Virus record (IMG/VR): IMGVR_UViG_2778261416_000004
Span: 1 to 13,418 of that record
Origin: a virus
Taxonomy: Duplodnaviria; Heunggongvirae; Uroviricota; Caudoviricetes
DNA length: 13,418 bases
Strand: one strand, 5' to 3'
Both the position numbers and the translations under genes were made by a program. This document shows positions 8,019 to 13,418 of this stretch, piece after piece. Numbering within the stretch: the first letter of the stretch is position 1; each line of letters starts with the position of its first letter. The notes beneath the pieces were generated by a model. The model made no database searches and was not told the DNA's origin. It saw only the letters and a program-made list of their open reading frames with translations.

Positions 8019-8174
8019 TTACTCCTCAGGTTCGTAAGCTGTGAAGACAGCGACCTCCGTCTGGCCGGTTCGGAGTCGTACCTCGCAGAGGTCTTTCCTC
8101 GTTACCAGTGCCGTCACTATGACGGTTAAACAGATGACGATCAGGGCGATTAACATCGCCTTTTGCTGCTTCAT
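8019..8174 (-). CDS. hok: Hok/Gef-family type I toxin (HokD/RelF-like small membrane protein)
   Basis: 51-aa product 'MKQQKAMLIALIVICLTVIVTALVTRKDLCEVRLRTGQTEVAVFTAYEPEE' aligns with plasmid R1 Hok ([38 protein letters not shown]). ATG at 8174 has an AAGGGGAAG SD; an in-frame upstream extension to 8231 (70-aa ORF in the track) could be a mok-like leader ORF. Confidence 0.85.
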   Translation of the reverse strand: MKQQKAMLIALIVICLTVIVTALVTRKDLCEVRLRTGQTEVAVFTAYEPEE

Positions 8175-8411
8175 AGCCTGCTTCCCCTTGCCTTTCGGCA
8201 CGTAAGAGGCTAACCTACATTTGTGAGACATAGATTGGGCCTCAGATTAATGTTAAGCGTCTTGCAGGACGCGAAATGTTAACTGGGGCTTTTCTCTATC
8301 TGCCTTTCAGTGTTCATGCCTGAGACAGATAGCCTCAAGCACCCGCAGCCATTCTACTTAACTCACGTCACCTCGCCAATATGAAATCAATCAGAAAGGT
8401 GATCCATAAAA

Positions 8412-9098
8412 TCACTCCTTCTCTTCTTTTCCGTAGTGGAGTTGGCCAATTTTGATAAGAGGGCGTCCCTGAGATTTGCGGTGTAGATTGGTATCGCGCA
8501 GAGAATACACACAGCCACAATATTCCTGCTGATAGAATTTTTCGCGCTTGCTGATTTCAATCATACGGGACGAGCCGCCCTGCTTGCGCCAGTTATAATC
8601 CCAGTACACCATACCCGGATAATGCGCAACAGCTCGCCGCCCACACTCGTTAACCTGCTGCATATTTTTCCAGCGTGAAATGCCCAGTGAACTGCTGATC
8701 ACACTGAAACCATTTTCAGCAGCGTACAACGCTGTCCGCTCAAAACGCATGTCAAAACACATGGTACAACGGATCCCCCTCTCAGGCTCCCATTCCATTC
8801 CTTTGGCACGTTCAAACCAGTTGTCGGTGTCGTAATCAGCATCGATAAACGGCACGCCGTGTTGTTCAGCAAAGCGAATATTTTCATCCTTACGAATTAA
8901 ATACTCTTTCTGAGGATGAATGTTCGGGTTGTAGAAAAAGATGGTGTAGTCGATTCCCGAGGCCTGAAGCGCCTCCATCACTTCACCGGAACATGGAGCA
9001 CAGCAAGAGTGCAGTAGTAGTTTGTTTGCCCCGTTTGGGAGCTCCAATTTAGGCCGTTTGAAATCAGCAATAGTCATAAATATTTTTATTGGGGTCAT
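8412..9098 (-). CDS. queH: QueH-like protein (DUF208; putative epoxyqueuosine reductase)
   Basis: 228-aa ORF with motifs '[11 protein letters not shown]', '[13 protein letters not shown]', 'CTMCF' and 'CGC', which I recognise as the DUF208/QueH Fe-S signature. 153-bp intergenic region upstream; weak SD. Confidence 0.7.
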   Translation of the reverse strand: MTPIKIFMTIADFKRPKLELPNGANKLLLHSCCAPCSGEVMEALQASGIDYTIFFYNPNIHPQKEYLIRKDENIRFAEQHGVPFIDADYDTDNWFERAKGMEWEPERGIRCTMCFDMRFERTALYAAENGFSVISSSLGISRWKNMQQVNECGRRAVAHYPGMVYWDYNWRKQGGSSRMIEISKREKFYQQEYCGCVYSLRDTNLHRKSQGRPLIKIGQLHYGKEEKE

Positions 9099-9251
9099 GA
9101 AAATAGCACAGAGTGTAGCATCAGAGCAGGGCTATCGGGAATATATGTCTAAATCTGGTAATATCTGGTTTTGACGCAAAGCGGACAACCACGCTGGCTC
9201 TACCCTGCGCCATGAAAATGTCAATTCACATCTGAACTAATGCTCTTTAAT

Positions 9252-9677
9252 CTAGTAACGTCTAAAATACCTAACATTTCCTTGATAAAATGCCAGTACA
9301 CGCTGCATAGCTTCGCTCTTCCGGCACTCGCGACAGATTATATTCAGGCGCCTGTCGTAGCGGCGTATTTCGCCGTCTGGTAACGACCAGATAAGGTCCG
9401 GATCAACCACTGCAGGTTTCTTCACCTTTGCCCTTGAGAGTTTTTTGCGAGCATTTTGCCAGTCCTTACGCGCCTGTTCAGACGGGAATAACCCGTAACC
9501 AGAGTTGTATACATCGCCACTGGCAACCAGCTCTCTGGCCAGAACGCTCATCAGATATCTTGTTGCCCCAGTTTTAGTTTCCAGTTGTCGTAACGTCTCG
9601 CGCCCACTCTGGCGTACGAGTTCAACAACCTGCCCTTTAATTTTCTCCCGCTCTTCTTGTGTAAAAACTTTTGCCAC
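9252..9677 (-). CDS. Hypothetical phage protein (141 aa; possible winged-HTH region)
   Basis: GTG start at 9677 preceded by AGGAGGG SD 4 nt upstream. 'TLRQLETKTGATRYLMSVLAREL' is HTH-like. Not recognised as Q, P or NinB. Confidence 0.6.
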   Translation of the reverse strand: MAKVFTQEEREKIKGQVVELVRQSGRETLRQLETKTGATRYLMSVLARELVASGDVYNSGYGLFPSEQARKDWQNARKKLSRAKVKKPAVVDPDLIWSLPDGEIRRYDRRLNIICRECRKSEAMQRVLAFYQGNVRYFRRY

Positions 9678-9717
9678 AAGCCCTCCTGAAAATTACCTCA
9701 TGACCAGAAATTAACAC

Positions 9718-10695
9718 TTACCCCCTGAAGCCCGGCGGAATTTCAGTGTCCGGTTCAGAAATGTGATTCACGCAACGCTGCGCAGGCGAACGCCCCAGGC
9801 GGATAACCAGTTCATCCCATTTTTCCCGGAGTTTTGCCGGACTCATGATGTTTTTTACCCAGAACGAATCCCGCTGGAGACGCCCAAACATTTCACAAAT
9901 TTGTCTGTGAGTTCTGCCATCCAGCATCCGCATTGTGCGAACGTCATTGGCCCATGCTGTCCAGTTGGGTTCTTTCGGTCTAGTGATCTCGCCATCATCG
10001 CTGGCCGCCTGCTCGTAAAGACTCACGATTCGTCCCCAGATCCACTGTGCGCACACCAAATCTTCCTGACTTCCCCACTGGCGTTTTTTCGCACTGAACA
10101 CAACCGCGTCAGGGTGTCGGGTTAAAAAATCCTGTTCAGCCGTCTGCGGGTCCGGTTGCGAAGCGTCCGGACAAGAAGATCTTTTATCTGACGGATCAGG
10201 TTTTAATACTGACGGATCGGGGTCAATCATCGCCCCCCTAATCGGCAGTTTTTTATCAACAGTTGATCCATCAAAATTTGACGGGTCAACCGTTGAGGGG
10301 TCAATATTTGACGGGTCAACTGTTAACGGGTCATTTTTTGCCGGGCTAATTTTTCTTTTCGGTTTATATGACTCACGCGCCGCCGCCGCAGCTGCTTCGA
10401 GTTTTTCCACATTAAGCCGATAGATATTGCTTACATTACGCCCACCGACCTTACGCTCTTCCTTCGTCAGCCAGCCCTCTTTCGCCAGTTCTGCAATAGC
10501 CGATTTCACTGTGGATTCACTTCTTGCACCGATCTGACGCCGGATAGTTTCAATGGCAGGCCATGACACGCCCTCGTCATTGCTGTAGTCTGCAAGACGG
10601 GCCATAACCGCCACCCTGGATAAGATCATGCCGGTGAAGGCGCACCCTTCCCAGACAAGACCATGAAGCTTGCTGCTCATAAAACCCCCGAACAC
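9718..10695 (-). CDS. Phage replication initiator (O-like; N-terminal winged helix, internal iteron-encoded repeats)
   Basis: 325-aa ORF; N-terminus 'AFTGMILSRVAVMARLADYSNDEGVSWPAIETIRRQIGARSESTVKSAIAELAKEGWL' is a typical replication-initiator wHTH. Internal 'DPSNIDPSTVDPSNFDGSTVD' repeats are encoded by DNA iterons. Likely true start is ATG at 10680 (GGGGGT SD); the track start is GTG at 10695. Confidence 0.8.
   Translation of the reverse strand: MFGGFMSSKLHGLVWEGCAFTGMILSRVAVMARLADYSNDEGVSWPAIETIRRQIGARSESTVKSAIAELAKEGWLTKEERKVGGRNVSNIYRLNVEKLEAAAAAARESYKPKRKISPAKNDPLTVDPSNIDPSTVDPSNFDGSTVDKKLPIRGAMIDPDPSVLKPDPSDKRSSCPDASQPDPQTAEQDFLTRHPDAVVFSAKKRQWGSQEDLVCAQWIWGRIVSLYEQAASDDGEITRPKEPNWTAWANDVRTMRMLDGRTHRQICEMFGRLQRDSFWVKNIMSPAKLREKWDELVIRLGRSPAQRCVNHISEPDTEIPPGFRG
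10185..10370. repeat. Candidate phage origin of replication: iterons plus adjacent A/T-rich stretch inside the initiator gene
   Basis: Four 15-bp-periodic units TTGACGGGTCAAC / TTGAGGGGTCAAT / TTGACGGGTCAAC / TTAACGGGTCATT at 10278, 10293, 10308 and 10323, plus degenerate copies at 10188-10228, followed by the A/T-rich 10336-10370. Confidence 0.6.
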
Positions 10696-10702
10696 CGTGC
10701 TT

Positions 10703-11020
10703 TTAGTGCATCACCACAGCATTCCCTGCCGGGCCGCCGCGATTCATCTGGTCATACAAAACAACCGCTGACGCAACAAAATCATCGACATCCTTCACCA
10801 GCCGATCCCTCCGTTCGACGATCTCACGATAATATTCAGAACTGTGGCTGCGCATACGGGCCACCAGCAAAGGCGGCATCGCCTTTTCGATCGCCGGTAA
10901 CAGAGCCTGCATTTTTTCAACAGCATCAGGGGTGTCTTTCTCTACCCAGCGGAAAATTTTCTGGGTATTGCGAGCCAGGGCTTCCGGATGGCTGTCGTCA
11001 TACAGTTCTGGGAACGTCAT
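10703..11020 (-). CDS. Hypothetical protein (about 105 aa) upstream of the replication initiator
   Basis: Plausible amino-acid composition, whereas the overlapping plus frame is a low-complexity P/S/H-rich read-through. ATG at 11020 (track start is TTG at 11026); weak SD. Function unknown. Confidence 0.5.
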   Translation of the reverse strand: MTFPELYDDSHPEALARNTQKIFRWVEKDTPDAVEKMQALLPAIEKAMPPLLVARMRSHSSEYYREIVERRDRLVKDVDDFVASAVVLYDQMNRGGPAGNAVVMH

Positions 11021-11064
11021 ACCCAACTCAAAATAAGCCTGGGTTAAGGGGAAATGAGGTCAGC

Positions 11065-11220
11065 ATGGATACTATCGATCTTGGCAACAGCGAATCTCTG
11101 GTATGTGGCGTGTTCCCCAACCAGGACGGTACGTTCACCGCGATGACGTATAACAAAAGCAAAACGTTTAAAACCGAAAATGGTGCCCGTCGCTGGCTGG
11201 AAAGAAACTCAGGTGAGTGA
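11065..11220 (+). CDS. ydfA: YdfA-like small protein (51 aa), first gene of dicB-type operon
   Basis: ATG at 11065 with GAGG SD. 'MDTIDLGNSESLVCGVFPNQDGTFTAMTYNKSKTFKTENGARRWLERNSGE'. The sizes and order 51-42-72-DicF-62-62 match the Qin dicB operon. It is the C-terminal end of the track's spurious 185-aa ORF. Confidence 0.7.
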   Translation: MDTIDLGNSESLVCGVFPNQDGTFTAMTYNKSKTFKTENGARRWLERNSGE

Positions 11221-11221
11221 T

Positions 11222-11350
11222 ATGGATTTCGACACAATCATGGAAAAGGCTTACGAAGAATACTTCGAAGGTCTTGCCGAAGGCGAAGAAGCTCTCAGCT
11301 TCAACGAATTTAAACAGGCGCTTTCCAGTTCGGCAAAATCTAACGGCTGA
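11222..11350 (+). CDS. ydfB: YdfB-like small protein (42 aa)
   Basis: ATG at 11222, 1 nt after the ydfA stop, with AGGTGAG SD. 'MDFDTIMEKAYEEYFEGLAEGEEALSFNEFKQALSSSAKSNG'. Absent from the ORF track because it is under 60 aa. Confidence 0.65.
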   Translation: MDFDTIMEKAYEEYFEGLAEGEEALSFNEFKQALSSSAKSNG

Positions 11351-11379
11351 TAAGCGAAACAGCACCGCGAGGAATCAGT

Positions 11380-11598
11380 ATGCAGAAACGAGAACCCGTC
11401 ATCATCGCGCCAGACTATACCGATGATGAACTTTATGAGTGGATGCACCAGAAAATTAATGCAGCGCAGGATCTGAAATGGGCCAATGAAGCCAGGGCTA
11501 AGCAGGCTGAAAATCTGTCCGCTCTGGAGCAGGATATCACTAATCTGGAAAAAGCAGCGGCATTAAGCATTGCCAGAATGATTACATACCCGCGTTAA
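11380..11598 (+). CDS. ydfC: YdfC-like small protein (72 aa)
   Basis: ATG with GAGGA SD; position and size match ydfC of the dicB operon. Confidence 0.7.
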   Translation: MQKREPVIIAPDYTDDELYEWMHQKINAAQDLKWANEARAKQAENLSALEQDITNLEKAAALSIARMITYPR

Positions 11599-11939
11599 TA
11601 GCTAACCAACGAAGCTAAGGTTGGTAATTAAGGAGTTCTCCACGGGTCAGGTGGAGTGCGTGCGCCGGACACGGGTGAGCATCCGGCACTGACAGCTTAC
11701 TGAAAGGATATGTCCCTGAAAAGTCAGGGCATAACGCGAAAGCGCACGGCGAAATTGGTCTCTCTGTACGGTGTCGTTAAATTTAGTTCGACCGTGCGCT
11801 TCCGGTTGTGGCACTCCGCGAAATGGCGCGGCGGTAAGTATGGCTGGGGTTTCCTCCATTGCTCCAGAAAATGCACCGGGTTGTCAGGTTGACCATACGC
11901 TTAAGTGACAACCCCGCTACAACGCCCTCTGTTATCAAT

Positions 11940-11997
11940 TTTCTGGTGACATTTGGCGGTATCAGTTTTACTCCGTGACTGCTCTGCCGCCCTTTTT
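11940..11997 (+). ncRNA. dicF: DicF small regulatory RNA (ftsZ-targeting sRNA of the dicB operon)
   Basis: 'tttctggtgacatttggcggtatcagttttactccgtgactgctctgccgcccttttt' matches the DicF sequence as I recall it, including the terminator stem GGCGG...CCGCC plus U-run. Confidence 0.75.
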
Positions 11998-12175
11998 AAA
12001 GTGAATTTTGTGATGCGGTGAATGCGGCTATGCGCACGCGGAACAGTTAAAGCAGTAAGGCGGTATTTTACGGGCGTAACGAGCATCAACTAACCCGGCG
12101 TTAATTGTTAACTGGTTAACGTCACCTGGAGGCACCAGGCACTGCATCACAAAATTCATTGTTGAGGACGCGATA

Positions 12176-12364
12176 ATGGAAACGTTATTACCAAACGTTA
12201 ATACGTCTGAAGGTTGTTTTGATATTGGTGTTCTGCTCAGTAACCGGGAGTTTACTGAAGATGCCATTAATATGAGGAAATATGAGCCTTATCTGCTCAA
12301 TGATAATTCCATACTTTCCCGAATTGCTCTTCTTGAACTTGGTATTTTCGGAGAACGTCAATGA
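12176..12364 (+). CDS. dicB: Cell division inhibitor DicB homolog (62 aa)
   Basis: 'METLLPNVNTSEGCFDIGVLLSNREFTEDAINMRK...' matches the DicB N-terminal half as I recall it. GAGGA SD. The C-terminal half looks divergent. Confidence 0.8.
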   Translation: METLLPNVNTSEGCFDIGVLLSNREFTEDAINMRKYEPYLLNDNSILSRIALLELGIFGERQ

Positions 12365-12549
12365 CTTCAGCATTTGCACTGATGATGACGGTTTTTCTTA
12401 TAACGGGTGAATCACAGAATGTGATTACCGGAATTTATGCAAGTAAAGAATCCTGCCTCCAGGCAAGAGACGAGCAAAAAATTTCTGGTGAATGCCTCCC
12501 GCTAAAAAAAGTATCGCTGTACCTGAATAACGAAACACCGGCTGGATAA
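12361..12549 (+). CDS. ydfD: YdfD-like small protein with N-terminal hydrophobic segment (62 aa)
   Basis: ATGA start/stop overlap with dicB and GGAGA SD. 'MTSAFALMMTVFLITG' is a TM/signal-like segment followed by a hydrophilic tail with two Cys. Confidence 0.7.
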   Translation: MTSAFALMMTVFLITGESQNVITGIYASKESCLQARDEQKISGECLPLKKVSLYLNNETPAG

Positions 12550-12644
12550 CCCTCCAGCCATATTAACACCATACCAACGGATTAAAAATGCCAGCAATGG
12601 CAGGGATTCGTTCACCCTGAAATCTGTAATGAGGTTAAAACAAA

Positions 12645-13418
12645 ATGAGTAAGGTCTTTATTTGCGCTGCTATTCCTGATGAACAGGCCATAAAAGAAGA
12701 TAGCGCTGTTGCGGTGGCCACTGCCATTGAAGCCGGTGATGAGCGTCGCGCACGCGCAAAATTTCATTGGCAATTTCTGGAGCAATTCCCTGCAGCTCAG
12801 GACTGCGCTTATAAATTTCTTGTTTGCGAGGATAAACCCGGTATACCCCGCCCTGCCCTCGATTCCTGGGATGCTGAATATATGCAGGAAAACCGCTGGG
12901 ATGAGGAGTCTGCTTCCTTTGTCCCGGTTGAGACTGAATCAGATCCGATGAACGTCACTTTTGACAAGCTGGCCCCTGAAGTACAGAACGCTGTCATGGT
13001 TAAGTTCGACACATGTGAAAACATCACCGTTGATATGGTTATTAGCGCACAGGAATTGTTGCAGGAAGACATGGCAACATTCGACGGACATATCGTTGAA
13101 GCGTTGATGAAAATGCCAGAAGTTAACGCCATGTACGCTCTCTGGCCTGGTGATGTGGATGCCGGAAACATTGACGGCAGCATCCATCGCTGGGCAAAAA
13201 ATGAAGTTATCGACAACGACCGCGAAGACTGGAAGCGTATCTCGGCATCAATGCGCAAACAGCCTGATGCCCTTCGCTACGACCGCCAGACTATTTTTGG
13301 CCTTGTCCGTGAGCGTCCGATCGACATTCACAAAGATCCCATAGCACTGAACAAATATATCTGCGAATACCTGACGACAAAGGGCGTGTTTGAGAATGAA
13401 GAAACAGACCTGGGCACT
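12645..13418 (+). CDS. ydfE: YdfE-like protein, 3'-partial (runs off the window end; at least 258 aa)
   Basis: Translated by hand from ATG 12645 (GAGG SD 9 nt upstream): 'MSKVFICAAIPDEQAIKEDSAVAVATAIEAGDERRARAKFHWQFLEQFPAAQD...'. Open to position 13418 with no stop; not in the ORF track because it has no stop in the window. Confidence 0.7.
   Translation, partial: MSKVFICAAIPDEQAIKEDSAVAVATAIEAGDERRARAKFHWQFLEQFPAAQDCAYKFLVCEDKPGIPRPALDSWDAEYMQENRWDEESASFVPVETESDPMNVTFDKLAPEVQNAVMVKFDTCENITVDMVISAQELLQEDMATFDGHIVEALMKMPEVNAMYALWPGDVDAGNIDGSIHRWAKNEVIDNDREDWKRISASMRKQPDALRYDRQTIFGLVRERPIDIHKDPIALNKYICEYLTTKGVFENEETDLGT

Noticed and set aside
10663-11220. 185-aa plus-strand ORF
   Set aside because: Only its last 51 codons (ydfA, with its own SD and ATG at 11065) look real. 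The N-terminal 130 aa is P/S/H-rich read-through antisense to the minus-strand gene.
11647-12267. Short ORFs on both strands (60-79 aa) in the dicF region
   Set aside because: They overlap the DicF sRNA and GC-rich hairpins and have no SDs. The region is better explained as structured RNA.
1-13418. Integrase, transposase or IS element, Q antiterminator, lysis cassette
   Set aside because: Searched for by ORF size and motif (catalytic tetrad or DDE-like, holin/endolysin). None found in the window; their absence is consistent with a degraded prophage.

Overview
This window reads as a mosaic, partly degraded lambdoid prophage segment of Escherichia/Shigella type. All calls rest on reading the sequence and on motifs recalled from memory; no database search was run.

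Left to right on the + strand:
- 1-558: a Rha-family regulator, followed by a hairpin terminator.
- 920-2187: a tail-fibre region (minus strand) in which an AT-rich class I SAM-dependent methyltransferase gene (plus strand) sits between two ~215 bp direct repeats derived from tfa 3' ends.
- 2019-3976: a lambda-like tfa and a 5'-truncated side tail fibre (stf).
- 4021-5874: a NanS-p-like SGNH sialate O-acetylesterase, abutting the truncated stf; lysis, packaging, head and tail genes are missing.
- 5875-6840: about 1 kb of non-coding DNA with two ~220 bp direct-repeat modules and several hairpins, in the slot where Stx phages carry stxAB. No toxin genes are present.
- 6850-7099: a three-tRNA cluster (Ile-CAU, Arg-UCG-like, Arg-UCU) with its own promoter and terminator.
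- 7149-7851: a truncated or frameshifted DNA methyltransferase.
- 8019-8174: a Hok-family type I toxin gene.
- 8412-9098: a QueH-like (DUF208) epoxyqueuosine reductase homolog, the most unusual cargo here.
- 9252-11020: a replication module with an O-like initiator containing 15-bp-periodic iterons (candidate ori), plus two uncharacterised small genes.
- 11065-13418: a Qin-like dicB operon (ydfA-ydfB-ydfC-dicF-dicB-ydfD-ydfE) on the plus strand, with no dicA/dicC immunity genes in the window.

No integrase, transposase, CRISPR array or rRNA was seen.
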